Shown here piece after piece: positions 1 through 9,407 of a stretch of DNA of 64,000 bases. Position 1 is the first letter of the stretch; the number at the start of each line of letters is the position of its first letter. Under the pieces are notes generated by a model. The model saw only the letters and a program-made list of their open reading frames with translations. It made no database searches and had not been told where the DNA came from. The stretch is from the NCBI GenBank assembly GCA_023419605.1, contig JAEZXR010000119.1, positions 1 to 64,000 of the forward strand. The letters are read 5' to 3'. Source of the stretch: Bacillota bacterium (lineage in GTDB: Bacteria; Bacillota; Clostridia; Acetivibrionales; JAEZXR01). A program made the translations under genes and the position numbers.

Positions 1-28
1 AGCATATCTCCCGCCTCGTTGAAACGGA

Positions 29-105
29 CTGGTCGTAAGCAAAGCTTACTGCTCGTCCATGCAGCCTGGCTGGTCGCAAGCAAAGCTTGCTGCTCGCCCA
101 TGCAA
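29..105. repeat. Two tandem ~37-nt direct repeats, each with a short hairpin (GTAAGC-AAA-GCTTAC and GCAAGC-AAA-GCTTGC) followed by TGCTCGYCCATGCARCCTGG
   Basis: Direct reading: 29-65 and 69-105 are near-identical (about 5 mismatches); each holds a 6-bp palindromic stem with an AAA loop. Confidence 0.7.
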
Positions 106-172
106 CCTGGGTGTGTTGAAATTGCTCCGCAATTTCTTCCGTTGTTATAAAATATGTAAAGGAGTGTTTAGA

Positions 173-1618
173 ATGTTTTTTGATAGTTCAGTAATGTGGG
201 TGCCCATTTTGACTGTTGCCGTTATCTTTATTTTGATATTCAGCCTGTTCTCCATGTATAAGAAAGTACCCCAGGATAAAGCGCTGGTAGTTACCGGTAT
301 TAGAGGAAGAAGAGTTATCACCGGTGGCGGCGGTATTGTTATTCCCTTGTTGGAACGTACCGATATCATGTCACTGGAAAACATGCAGATTGATATTCGC
401 ATTGATGGCGCATTAACTTCCCAGGGTGTTGGTATCATCGCGGACGGTGTTGCCGTAGTAAAAATCAAATCCGATAAGGAATCCATACTTTCAGCGGCAG
501 AGCAGTTCAATACCTCAAAGGGCCTGGAGCATATGCTGAGTGTTATAGCAAGAACAACGCAGCAGGTACTGGAAGGAAAACTCCGAGAAATCGTATCGAA
601 GATGTCGGTGGAGGAAATTTACAGAGACCGGGAAACCTTTGCTTCTCACGTTCAAGGCGTGGCTGCAACGGAACTGCAGGGGATGGGACTAGAACTGAAA
701 GTGCTCACCATTAAAGATATTTCCGATAAAAACGGATACCTGGAAGCACTGGGTAAGCCAAGAATTGCAGAAGTAAAAAGAGACGCACAGATTGCCGAAG
801 CAAATGCGACAAAGGAAACCAAAATTAAGACGGCCCAGGCAAACCGGGAAGGTGAGGCTGCCCGGATTCAAGCAGAAACAGAAATAGCAGAATCAAACAG
901 AGACAAGGAATTAAAGGTTCAATCCTATTACAAGGACCAGCAGACTGCAAAGGCAGAAGCGGACCTTGCCTATGATATCAAGGCAAACGTGGTTAAAAAG
1001 GAAGTTGCCGAAACTTCCATGCAGGTTGAGATCGTAAAGAAACAGAAGGAAATCGAACTGGCAGAACAGGAAGCCTTGAGAAAAGAGAAGGAACTGGAAG
1101 CCACGGTGAAGAAGCAGGCAGATGCTGAAAACTACAGAGCGACCAAAAATGCAGATGCAACCCGGTACAAGGAAGTGGCAGAGGCAGAAGCACGGGCAAA
1201 GGCCATTGAAATCGAAGGTAAGGCGAGAGCAGAAGCGAAAAGAGCAGAAGGTATGGCTGAGGTTGAGATCATCAAAGCCAAAGGTGAGGCGGAAGCCCTT
1301 GCCATGGCGAAGAAAGCGGAAGCCTTCAAGATGTATAACGATGCTGCCGTTACCCAGATGATCATTGAAAAACTGCCGGAAATTGCAACCGCTGTTGCAC
1401 AGCCTCTGGCAAAAACCGAGAAGATCGTTATGATCGGCGATTCCGGAGCATCAAAAATTACAAAGGACATCACCAATGTAATGGCACAGCTGCCTGAAAC
1501 GGTAAAAAGCCTTACGGGAATTGACCTGACGCAGATTATAAGGAATTATGCGGAGGGTGGAAACGGTAACGGTAATGTTGTAAATGATGTTGCGAACAAA
1601 AAAGATGAAATCTATTAA
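173..1618 (+). CDS. floT: Flotillin-like SPFH/band-7 membrane scaffold protein (FloT/YuaG-like) with a long coiled-coil EA-rich region
   Basis: N-terminal TM helix followed by an SPFH-like domain, then a long Ala/Glu/Lys-rich coiled coil. RBS AAAGGAG at 158-164 and ATG at 173. The 59-172 extension in the ORF track has no RBS. Confidence 0.8.
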   Translation: MFFDSSVMWVPILTVAVIFILIFSLFSMYKKVPQDKALVVTGIRGRRVITGGGGIVIPLLERTDIMSLENMQIDIRIDGALTSQGVGIIADGVAVVKIKSDKESILSAAEQFNTSKGLEHMLSVIARTTQQVLEGKLREIVSKMSVEEIYRDRETFASHVQGVAATELQGMGLELKVLTIKDISDKNGYLEALGKPRIAEVKRDAQIAEANATKETKIKTAQANREGEAARIQAETEIAESNRDKELKVQSYYKDQQTAKAEADLAYDIKANVVKKEVAETSMQVEIVKKQKEIELAEQEALRKEKELEATVKKQADAENYRATKNADATRYKEVAEAEARAKAIEIEGKARAEAKRAEGMAEVEIIKAKGEAEALAMAKKAEAFKMYNDAAVTQMIIEKLPEIATAVAQPLAKTEKIVMIGDSGASKITKDITNVMAQLPETVKSLTGIDLTQIIRNYAEGGNGNGNVVNDVANKKDEIY

Positions 1619-1632
1619 TTGAATCGTGTAGA

Positions 1633-1670
1633 CAAAAAAAGTCCGGAAATTCAGGTTTCCGGACTTTTTT
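1633..1670 (+). terminator. Rho-independent terminator (AAAAAGTCCGGAAA..TTTCCGGACTTTTTT)
   Basis: Perfect GC-containing hairpin followed by a T-run, directly after the flotillin stop. Confidence 0.85.
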
Positions 1671-1892
1671 AGAGGATTTGGTAAATTATCTATTTGTTAT
1701 ACATGTTCGCAAACAGTAAGCGGGAAATGAGGAAAAATTATTTGCCCAAAATCAGGAATTATTGAAAAATAGCTATGTATTTCTAAAAATACCGCGTAAA
1801 CATACGGAAAATAGCTAAAGCAGACTTTATTTTCTGCCGAAATATGCTATAATAGTATATATATTCGTAACTTATGTTAAAAAAAGGGGGAA

Positions 1893-2315
1893 GTGGACGC
1901 GGTGGCAACAAAGAATAAAGTGGAAGTGAAAATTGGAGGAAGCGAGTATACTCTGGTAGGAACTGAAGCGGTAGAGTATTTGCAAAGAGTTGCACTTTAC
2001 ATTGATAAAAAAATGAATGAAATAACCCGGTTTAACAGTAAGCTCGGTACTTCCATGGCAGCCGTCCTCACCGCCGTAAATGTCGCTGATGATTTTTTCA
2101 AAAGCCGGGAAAATGAGCTGGCCATGAAAAACCAATATAGTCAGATGACAAAGGAATTGGAAAAACTGAGAGAAGAAGCGCGGAAGTTAAAGTCGGAAAA
2201 CAGATTTTTGGAAGATAGAAATTCCAGCCTTCAGTTGGAGCTTGCAAAACGGGAAAATGAACTGAACGAAATCAAAGATTATCAGGATATGAATGCAAGA
2301 CAAAAAATATCATAG
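1893..2315 (+). CDS. zapA: Cell division protein ZapA
   Basis: N-terminal VEVKIGGSEYTL and LQRVALYIDKKM motifs are typical of the ZapA N-domain, followed by a C-terminal coiled coil. GTG start after AAAAAGGGGGAAG. Confidence 0.7.
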   Translation: MDAVATKNKVEVKIGGSEYTLVGTEAVEYLQRVALYIDKKMNEITRFNSKLGTSMAAVLTAVNVADDFFKSRENELAMKNQYSQMTKELEKLREEARKLKSENRFLEDRNSSLQLELAKRENELNEIKDYQDMNARQKIS

Positions 2316-2411
2316 CCGGATCAATGAGTTCAGAAAATCAATTGTTCTTTTTTGTATAGCTTGTCAGTGCCCTGCCAAGCTGAGAGCAAGAACTTATAGA
2401 ATTTGTACATA

Positions 2412-2437
2412 CCAAAAGCGCCTAGGCGCTTTTTTTC
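2412..2437 (+). terminator. Rho-independent terminator (AAAAGCGCCTAGGCGCTTTTTTT)
   Basis: Palindromic GC stem plus T-run after zapA. Confidence 0.85.
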
Positions 2438-2495
2438 ATATATTCTACACATACTACGAGAGAGACACGCAGGAATGGAGAAAGTAGGTGATTGG

Positions 2496-3380
2496 ATGAA
2501 AGTGATCTTTGTTTTTATTGATGGTTTTGGCCTTGGAGAAAAGGATGCATCGAAAAATCCTATGGTGGCGGTGGAGACTCCAGGGCTGGATTATATATTC
2601 AGCAACTATAAAGTATTTCCCACTGATGCGACACTGGGCATCGAGGGTTTGCCGCAGAGTGCAACAGGGCAGACGGCAATATTCACCGGCGTTAACGGTT
2701 CGGCAGCCCTGGGGCGCCATCTGAGCGGACAGCCGACAGAAACGCTGATCACCATTATCAACCGGATCAGCTTGTTTAAAGCCTTGTTGGAAAGAGGCTT
2801 CACAGTCACGTATGCCAATGTGTACCGGGATCCTTACCTGAAAGAGATGCATAACCCTTCCAGCAGAAAGAACCGTCCATCCGTTACCTCCGTCATGGGA
2901 ATGTCGGTAGGCATGAAATTTAGAAATGTGAGGGACTATCAGGAAGGCAAGGGTGTATACCACGACATCACAGGGCAAATACTTATGGAAAGCGGATACG
3001 ATGTAAAGCCAATCACACCGCAGGAAGCGGCCGGAAGGCTGTATAACATCAGCAGGGACTATGATTTTACCCTTTATGAGCATTTTATGACGGACATCAT
3101 CGGCCATACGGGTGACATGGAACTGGCCATAAAGGAAATCGGGCTTTTGGATGCCTTTTTGGCGGAGTTGGTTCGTTTGGTGGATTTGAACCGGGATCTG
3201 ATTGTCATTACCAGCGACCACGGCAATATAGAAGATATATCCGTGAAAACCCATACCATGAACAAGGTTCCCACTGTTTTCATCGGAAAGCTGCCGGAAG
3301 GGGTGAAGCCCGAAATTAACTCGATCCTGGATATAATGCCCGCGGTAATGGAAATTATGAATAGAGCGAAGGGGAGCTAA
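2496..3380 (+). CDS. Alkaline-phosphatase-superfamily metalloenzyme (cofactor-independent phosphoglycerate mutase / ApgM-like)
   Basis: N-terminal VIFVFIDGFGLG metal-binding motif and C-terminal ITSDHGN motif are diagnostic of the AP-superfamily core. Preferred start is ATG 2496 rather than the longer 2403 ORF. Confidence 0.6.
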   Translation: MKVIFVFIDGFGLGEKDASKNPMVAVETPGLDYIFSNYKVFPTDATLGIEGLPQSATGQTAIFTGVNGSAALGRHLSGQPTETLITIINRISLFKALLERGFTVTYANVYRDPYLKEMHNPSSRKNRPSVTSVMGMSVGMKFRNVRDYQEGKGVYHDITGQILMESGYDVKPITPQEAAGRLYNISRDYDFTLYEHFMTDIIGHTGDMELAIKEIGLLDAFLAELVRLVDLNRDLIVITSDHGNIEDISVKTHTMNKVPTVFIGKLPEGVKPEINSILDIMPAVMEIMNRAKGS

Positions 3381-3403
3381 TTCCCGGCGAATCAAAGAGG
3401 AGA

Positions 3404-5932
3404 ATGAAAACGGAAATGAACAATAGAAGAGTAGAGCTGCTGGCTCCAGCAGGGAGCTGGGAAGCTTTCGTGGCAGCGGTGGAAAATGGGGCCGATGCTA
3501 TTTATATGGGTGGGAAGCTGTTCAATGCCCGGCAGTTTGCCGGCAACTTCGATAACGAGCAGCTGAAGAAAGCCCTGGATTATGCCCATTTGCGGGACGT
3601 TAAGATCTATTTGACCATGAACACACTGGTGAATGATGAGGAGATGGAGGAGGCTGTTAACCAGGTGGGAGAAGCCTACAAAGCAGGTATTGACGGGGTG
3701 ATTGTACAAGACCTGGGATTAGCTGCTTTGATTCGCAAGGTATTTCCCGACTTGGATCTCCATGCCAGCACCCAGATGACGCTATATAATGTACAAGGAG
3801 TTAAGGCGTTGGAAGAACTGGGATTCAAACGGGCTGTTCTTGCCAGGGAACTATCCTTGCAGGAAATCGGTGAAATCGCCCGGTCAACCGCCCTTGAAAT
3901 CGAGGTGTTCATCCACGGAGCCCTTTGTATCAGCTATTCTGGGCAATGCCTGATGAGCAGCTTCATTGGTGGAAGGAGCGGCAACCGGGGAAAATGTGCC
4001 CAGCCTTGCAGGATGAAATATGAGTTGATTAGTGACGGAAATGAGGCGAGGAGCGGGAAGGACTGCAGGTGTGGTGAAGCCGCCTATGTTATGAGCCCGA
4101 AAGATATATGTTCAATTAATGAACTAAAGGATTTGGTGGATGCCGGTGTCACCTCCTTAAAAATTGAAGGGCGCATGAAAACCCCGGAATATGTGGCCAC
4201 AGTGGTCCGGATCTATAGAAAATACCTTGACAGTATCCTGGCTGGAAAGTCGGACAAGCTGGAGGAAAAAGACCTGCGGGAGCTAACCCAGATTTTTAAC
4301 CGGGGAGGCTTTTCAAAGGGATATCTCCATGGAAAAACCGGCAGCGATATGATGAGCTATGAAAAGCCAAAAAACTGGGGAATTCATCTGGGAGAAGTAT
4401 TGTCCTACGACCGGAATACGAAAACTGTAAAAGTGAAGCTCCGGGAAAACATCGCTATTGGTGATGGAATTGAGGTGTGGAACGGAGCGGACGAAAGTCC
4501 GGGAACTATTGTAACCGAGATTAAGGTCAATGCAAAAAATGTCACGGAAGCCCGGCGTGGCGACATTGCCGTTTTAGGCAGTTTAAAAAGCCCGGTGTTC
4601 AACGGAAACAAGGTCTATAGAACATCGGAGAAGCGGCTGAATATCACGGCAAGAGAGAGCTTTGAAGGCAGAAGTGTACGGAAGTCCGGTATCGCAGGAA
4701 AGGTGACGGCAAAATGGGAAATGCCGCTGACTTTGACAGTTAAAGATAGCAGGGGAGATAATGTGGAAGCGACAGGGGAAATACTCCCGGAAAAGGCCTT
4801 GAATAAGCCGCTGACATCGGAGCGTCTGCAGGATCAAATCAGTAAAACAGGCTCCACTCCCTTTGCCTTTCAAGACCTGCAGATAGAATTGGACGAAGGA
4901 CTATCCGTGCCGGTGAGCGAGATTAACAATGTCCGGCGAAAGGCGTTGGAACAGCTGGAGGAGAAAAAAATCCGCTCTTTTGAAAGAAATATGTCGGAGG
5001 ACATGCGAAATACGCGGGAGAAGCTGTTGCATTTCCCGGGAAATAGTCGAAATCCCTCCGGTGAGACAAAAATTTCCCTGTTTCTGTATACTTATGCTGA
5101 AGAGTATCCACTGGAAGAATTGAAAGCAGACCGGGTTTACGTGCCTTTTTCTGCTCTTTTGGAAGAGGCTGCCCGGAAGAGGCTGGGGGAAGATATCGCC
5201 CGAAAAACAGGGGAAATTTTTCTGTGGATTCCCAACATAACGCGGGGAAATTATGACCGGCTGATAAAGACGAAATTGCCGGAAGCTGTGGAGATGGGAA
5301 TCGACGGTATTTTAGCGGGAAATCCATGGGTATTTACCCAATTGAAAAGCGTTCCTTCGATAAAAATAGCAGGCGATTATTCCCTTAATCTATACAATAG
5401 CTTTTCTCTCCAGCAAATGGCGGAGCTGGGCTTGCATGGGGCTGCCCTCTCGTTGGAACTGAACCTGGAGCAGATGGCGGAGATAAAAAATATGGATAGT
5501 TTCCAAAAGGAAGCCATCGTATACGGAAGAATTCCGGTCATGACCAGTGAATACTGCCCTGTAGGAAGTCTGGAAGGCGGACACAATTCGAAAAACCGCT
5601 GCAATAACGCTTGCCTGAGAGGCCTCTACCGTTTAAAGGACCGTAAGGGAATGGAATTCCCCATCCTCTGTGACCGTATCGATTGCAGAAGTACCCTGTT
5701 GAACACCAACGTGATCTATGCAGCGGATAGTTTGGATAAAATAAGGTCGGCAGGAGTTGACATAATGCGGATCAACATCTCGGACGAAAGTCCGGAGGAG
5801 GCCCGACAGCTGGTTAAAATGCATAGGGATGTGTTGGAGCACGGAACCGGTGCATTGAAGCGATATGGCAGGTTGACGGAGGAAATCAAGCGAAAAGGCT
5901 TTACGAAAGGACACTATTTTAGGGGAGTTTAA
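3404..5932 (+). CDS. Peptidase U32 family protein (collagenase-like PrtC) with C-terminal extension
   Basis: ELLAPAGSWEAFVAAVENGADAIY, HASTQMT and a Cys cluster (CISYSGQCLMSS..CAQPC) match the U32 signature. RBS AAAGAGGAG lies upstream. Confidence 0.85.
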   Translation: MKTEMNNRRVELLAPAGSWEAFVAAVENGADAIYMGGKLFNARQFAGNFDNEQLKKALDYAHLRDVKIYLTMNTLVNDEEMEEAVNQVGEAYKAGIDGVIVQDLGLAALIRKVFPDLDLHASTQMTLYNVQGVKALEELGFKRAVLARELSLQEIGEIARSTALEIEVFIHGALCISYSGQCLMSSFIGGRSGNRGKCAQPCRMKYELISDGNEARSGKDCRCGEAAYVMSPKDICSINELKDLVDAGVTSLKIEGRMKTPEYVATVVRIYRKYLDSILAGKSDKLEEKDLRELTQIFNRGGFSKGYLHGKTGSDMMSYEKPKNWGIHLGEVLSYDRNTKTVKVKLRENIAIGDGIEVWNGADESPGTIVTEIKVNAKNVTEARRGDIAVLGSLKSPVFNGNKVYRTSEKRLNITARESFEGRSVRKSGIAGKVTAKWEMPLTLTVKDSRGDNVEATGEILPEKALNKPLTSERLQDQISKTGSTPFAFQDLQIELDEGLSVPVSEINNVRRKALEQLEEKKIRSFERNMSEDMRNTREKLLHFPGNSRNPSGETKISLFLYTYAEEYPLEELKADRVYVPFSALLEEAARKRLGEDIARKTGEIFLWIPNITRGNYDRLIKTKLPEAVEMGIDGILAGNPWVFTQLKSVPSIKIAGDYSLNLYNSFSLQQMAELGLHGAALSLELNLEQMAEIKNMDSFQKEAIVYGRIPVMTSEYCPVGSLEGGHNSKNRCNNACLRGLYRLKDRKGMEFPILCDRIDCRSTLLNTNVIYAADSLDKIRSAGVDIMRINISDESPEEARQLVKMHRDVLEHGTGALKRYGRLTEEIKRKGFTKGHYFRGV

Positions 5933-5971
5933 GTAGTTGACAGTTGCTGGCTGACAGAGGATAATTGTCTT

Positions 5972-6041
5972 GAATTGAGAATTGAGAATTGAGAATTGAG
6001 AATTGAGAATTGAGAATTGAGAATTGAGAATTGAGAATTGA
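5972..6041. repeat. Perfect heptanucleotide microsatellite (GAATTGA)x10
   Basis: Direct reading: ten perfect head-to-tail copies, 12 bp upstream of the dut start codon. Confidence 0.95.
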
Positions 6042-6053
6042 GGCTAAGATTGT

Positions 6054-6554
6054 ATGAGTGATATTGAAGTTTTTATTGAGATATGCCGTGAGGGTGCGGT
6101 TCTGCCGGCCTATGCGCGGGCTGGGGATGCTGGCATGGATGTTTGTGCGGCGGAAGAGGTTGTGATTCGTCCGGGAGAGACGGTGATTATTCCTACAGGG
6201 CTGAAGCTGGCAATACCGGAGGGGTATGAGATCCAGGTCAGGCCCCGGAGCGGTATTTCCTATAAAACGCCGCTGCGGCTTTCAAATTCTCCGGGAACCA
6301 TTGACAGTGGATATCGGGATGAATTAGGGATTATTATGACCAATTCATCGGAGACCTGTGGACAAAATGAAGAGGAGATGCGCTCCATCGAGTCCAGGGG
6401 AAATCAAAAAGGAACTTATAAAATCCGAAAAGGTGATCGAATCGCCCAGATTGTTCTTCAGGTGGTTCCGAAAATGAAGCTGACGGTAGTAGAATCAGTG
6501 CGGGAAATAGGGAGCGACCGGGGCGGGGGCTTCGGCTCCACAGGAGTTCGATAA
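6054..6554 (+). CDS. dut: dUTP diphosphatase (dUTPase)
   Basis: Conserved dUTPase motifs: AGDAGMDV, RPRSG, GTIDSGYRDELGIIM, and a C-terminal GGFGSTG motif 5. Confidence 0.85.
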   Translation: MSDIEVFIEICREGAVLPAYARAGDAGMDVCAAEEVVIRPGETVIIPTGLKLAIPEGYEIQVRPRSGISYKTPLRLSNSPGTIDSGYRDELGIIMTNSSETCGQNEEEMRSIESRGNQKGTYKIRKGDRIAQIVLQVVPKMKLTVVESVREIGSDRGGGFGSTGVR

Positions 6555-6571
6555 TATTTTATTGATATAAT

Positions 6572-6620
6572 GCAGATAGGGCTGGATGAACTAAGTTCAT
6601 CCAGCCCTATCTGCATTATG
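6572..6620. terminator. Bidirectional terminator hairpin between convergent dut and glxK
   Basis: ATGCAGATAGGGCTGGATGAAC..GTTCATCCAGCCCTATCTGCAT is a long perfect inverted repeat. Confidence 0.7.
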
Positions 6621-7755
6621 AAATCTTCATGCCCACTTTCAAAAGCCGAAACAGGCGGTCGGCAGCATCCCGTATCAATTCTTCGGAACGGGATAAGGCC
6701 TCTTCCAAAGGCATGACTCCATTCACCGCAGGTATAATACTGTCAATTCCGTACATATAGACCTTTTGAGCATCCGGTCCCATGGAGCCTACAATGGCGG
6801 CAACGGGGACATTCTTCTCTTTGCTGCGTTTTGCCACTCCGACAGGAACCTTTCCGAAAATGGACTGACCGTCAATACGTCCTTCACCGGTAATCACCAG
6901 ATCGGCACCTTCCAGAAGCCGGTCAAATTGTACAAAATCCAGCACGGTATCAATTCCGGGTTTCAGAGTCGCACCGAAAAATCCCAGCAGTGTGGCGCCC
7001 AGCCCACCGGCAGCTCCGGCTCCGGCAGTATTTCCAATGTCAAACCCCACATGCTTCGCTAAAACCGCTGCATAGTTTTTCATACCGGCCTCCAGGATTT
7101 CCAGCTTTTTGGCATCGGCACCCTTTTGAGGACCAAAGGTGTAGGTGGCCCCCGCAGGTCCCGTCAATGGGCTGCTTACATCACAGATTACCGTAATGGA
7201 ACACTCCTGAATTCGCGGGTCCAACCCCTTTGTATCAATGGAGGAGACTCTGGAAAGAGCTTGCCCTCCAAATCCTACCTCTTCGCCGGCTTTATCAAGG
7301 AACTGTATTCCCAGGGCCTGGGCAGCACCCAACCCACCATCGTTGGTAGCACTTCCCCCGATACCGATAATAAGCTGTCGTATACCTTCATCCAGCGCGG
7401 CTTTTATCAGCTCTCCCGTACCATAGGTAGTGGTGACCAGGGGATCTCTCTCATTGCCGCTTAAAAGGGGAAGACCGGAAGCTTGGGCCATTTCGAGGAT
7501 GGCGGTTTTATTGTTTACAACACCATAACGGGCTTTGATTTTGCGTCCAAGGGGGTCTGTAACCTGTACGATCCTGTATTCACCTCCTGCAGCCAGCACA
7601 AGCGCTTCAACGGTTCCCTCGCCGCCGTCGGCGATGGGAACTTTAACGATTTCAAGCGATGGGAAATGCTCGTGGGCTACGGATTCAACATGTTGGATTA
7701 CTTCAAGGGAAGACAAGGTGCCTTTGAAGGAATCCGGCGCCAGTACTATTTTCAT
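6616..7755 (-). CDS. glxK: Glycerate kinase (GlxK/GarK family)
   Basis: MKIVLAPDSFKGTLSS start and ADGGEGT motifs. Start is placed at the MKIVLAP methionine, which has a strong RBS (GGAGGAG), not at the longer ORF start. Confidence 0.85.
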   Translation of the reverse strand: MKIVLAPDSFKGTLSSLEVIQHVESVAHEHFPSLEIVKVPIADGGEGTVEALVLAAGGEYRIVQVTDPLGRKIKARYGVVNNKTAILEMAQASGLPLLSGNERDPLVTTTYGTGELIKAALDEGIRQLIIGIGGSATNDGGLGAAQALGIQFLDKAGEEVGFGGQALSRVSSIDTKGLDPRIQECSITVICDVSSPLTGPAGATYTFGPQKGADAKKLEILEAGMKNYAAVLAKHVGFDIGNTAGAGAAGGLGATLLGFFGATLKPGIDTVLDFVQFDRLLEGADLVITGEGRIDGQSIFGKVPVGVAKRSKEKNVPVAAIVGSMGPDAQKVYMYGIDSIIPAVNGVMPLEEALSRSEELIRDAADRLFRLLKVGMKIS

Positions 7756-7916
7756 GGTAACTCCTCCTACATCAATAACCCTCTGCGACCCAACAAGCAA
7801 ATACAGAAGCAGAGGATGAATCCAGCTATTGCAGACGCGAAAAATCAAGGAAGAAACTAGAGTCGTATGCAGTATAAAACTATTATATACTTTATTCAGG
7901 TGATTTCAAACAGATG

Positions 7917-7952
7917 TATTGTCAACTTTGCATGAAGTTTTGGTTGACAATA
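7917..7952. promoter_or_regulatory. BirA operator-like inverted repeat (ATTGTCAAC-N15-GTTGACAAT) overlapping a TTGACA -35 element
   Basis: Perfect 9-bp inverted repeat with 15-bp spacer, matching the Firmicutes BirA box architecture (TGTNAAC..GTTNACA), upstream of bioY. Confidence 0.55.
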
Positions 7953-8119
7953 TCGCTTTTTTATTCTATGCTATAAATACATCCCTTTGATTCCGAATTT
8001 ATCCAGTAGGTAAACAGCCGCAAAGCCGTGCGGTTTACTTGCGGGGAAGTATAAAGTTAAGTGGTGTAGCCATAGAGGGTCTATGGGATCAAAATTAAAG
8101 TGATAGAATTCAATGGAAA

Positions 8120-8683
8120 GTGAGTGGTTGTGTGAAAATCAATGTGCGTGATATGACACTGGTAGCGTTGTTTGCTGCTTTGATGGTGGTAGGTGCTTAT
8201 TTGAAAATTCCCCTTCCGTGGGTATCCTTAACTTTTCAGCCCTTCTTCTGCGCCTTTGCAGGAATCCTGCTGGGAGCACGCCTGGGTTTTCTATCCCAGC
8301 TTGTTTATATTGCTATGGGATTGGTGGGATTGCCGGTGTTTACTCAAGGGGGAGGGCTGCTGTATGTGCTGAAGCCATCCTTTGGATATCTGATCGGTTT
8401 TGCTGCAGGAGCCTATATCATCGGTAAAATATCCGAAACCCTGGGAAGGGTTAATGTCGTAAACTCCGCAGCCGCTCTAATCAGTGGGCTGGTGGTAATT
8501 TATGCCATCGGCGTCCCTTACACCTACCTTATACTTAGGTTTTACATGCATAAACCTGACGTGGCCATTGTTGGAGCTACGCTAGTTCCTCTCTTTATCA
8601 AGGATTTGGTACTGTTTTTGCTGATTGCTGCGGTTTCTTCCAGTATTGTACCACGGGTCCGGCGTTCCGTAATAACGGGCTAA
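8120..8683 (+). CDS. bioY: Biotin transporter BioY (ECF transporter S component)
   Basis: About 185 aa with a 6-TM pattern; LVALFAALMVVGAYLKIPLP and GLPVFTQGGG motifs are typical of BioY. A BirA-like box lies upstream. Confidence 0.8.
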   Translation: MSGCVKINVRDMTLVALFAALMVVGAYLKIPLPWVSLTFQPFFCAFAGILLGARLGFLSQLVYIAMGLVGLPVFTQGGGLLYVLKPSFGYLIGFAAGAYIIGKISETLGRVNVVNSAAALISGLVVIYAIGVPYTYLILRFYMHKPDVAIVGATLVPLFIKDLVLFLLIAAVSSSIVPRVRRSVITG

Positions 8684-8698
8684 GAGGCAGCAATAACA

Positions 8699-8737
8699 GG
8701 AAACCCGAAATAAACGGAATTTGCCGCTTATTTCGGG
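8699..8737 (+). terminator. Rho-independent terminator after bioY
   Basis: AAACCCGAAATAAACGG..CTTATTTCGGGTTTTC hairpin plus T-run. Confidence 0.7.
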
Positions 8738-8883
8738 TTTTCACATGAATTCTCCGAGTCTGTTTTTCCATGAAAAAAGAGGCAGTCCGTGAGGGTTGAA
8801 ATCGAATTAACGGAGATATTATCAAGAGTACACGTGCCTTCAACCTGGTAAATGCAATTGGATGCACAGTTTATAGTTGTCAT
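8728..8883 (-). CDS. Small Cys-rich protein, DUF1540-like (MTTINCASNCIYQVEGTCTLDNISV)
   Basis: 51 aa. The C-x4-C ... C pattern with conserved Y and A/I/V residues resembles DUF1540 repeats. GGGAGG RBS sits 8 nt upstream of the internal ATG. Confidence 0.45.
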   Translation of the reverse strand: MTTINCASNCIYQVEGTCTLDNISVNSISTLTDCLFFHGKTDSENSCENPK

Positions 8884-8990
8884 AATATTACCTCCCGATT
8901 TTATTATTGCCACAAAACTTTAAAATATGAAATGAACAAATTAACAAAAAGGTAAGGAATCCTTCAAAAACAATTTGAAGGCATAAAAAC

Positions 8991-9027
8991 ATCCGCGCCC
9001 TGATTTTATTTAATCAGGGCGCGGGTT
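8991..9027. terminator. Hairpin terminator (CATCCGCGCCCTGATT..AATCAGGGCGCGGGTT)
   Basis: Long GC-rich inverted repeat flanked by T/A runs. Confidence 0.6.
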
Positions 9028-9407
9028 ATTTAAATAACTGCCTGTTACCGCGGATACAAGCAGTTAGTTCTAATACCTATATGTATGAGACAAGATCGGG
9101 AAAAATACTAGAGTGCACTTATGTTAATTGCTTTAATTGTTCAAAAATCGTGCATGATAAAGTTCTACGATGGTTGGACGGCTGTAAGAGGGTATTCTAT
9201 GGGGTTTCGCTGCATTGTGCATGGGTCATTTATATGAATGTACTTGTGTCCGGCGGACTTAAAATGCCAGCGGTTTGGACGCCATACAGAAAATAATATA
9301 TAAAATCCATCTTCCGGGAGATCTGTGGAAAACAGTATTCCTGTTTTTCACATTCTCCTTTACATCTGATATATAATATGTATACATGGAAAAAAAGGTG
9401 AATTGAT

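Noticed and set aside
59-172. 5' extension of the flotillin ORF (MQPGWSQAKLAARP...)
   Set aside because: No RBS, it overlaps the tandem hairpin repeats, and a strong AAAGGAG RBS precedes the ATG at 173.
2454-3395. 313-aa minus-strand ORF antisense to the metalloenzyme gene, and similar long antisense ORFs (16555-17301 +, 19674-20225 -, 21731-22288 -, 24723-25364 -, 28145-29062 +, 28722-29351 +, 44318-44986 -, 45335-45871 -)
   Set aside because: They lie entirely inside well-supported genes on the opposite strand, have low-complexity or atypical composition and no RBS. They are shadow ORFs of GC-richer coding regions.
5972-6041. Heptamer tandem repeat considered as a CRISPR array
   Set aside because: The repeat unit is only 7 nt, with no spacers, head-to-tail. 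It is a microsatellite, not CRISPR.
7992-8004. 13-mer GAATTTATCCAGT shared between the bioY leader and the region upstream of the amino-acid permease (40107)
   Set aside because: A single exact 13-mer match is expected by chance in 64 kb (about 30 expected), and there is no flanking similarity.
9081-9296. 71-aa plus-strand ORF and the surrounding 380-bp intergenic region, considered as a riboswitch
   Set aside because: No match to aptamer hallmarks I could recognise. The ORF lacks an RBS and has odd Cys/His-rich composition. Left as promoter region.
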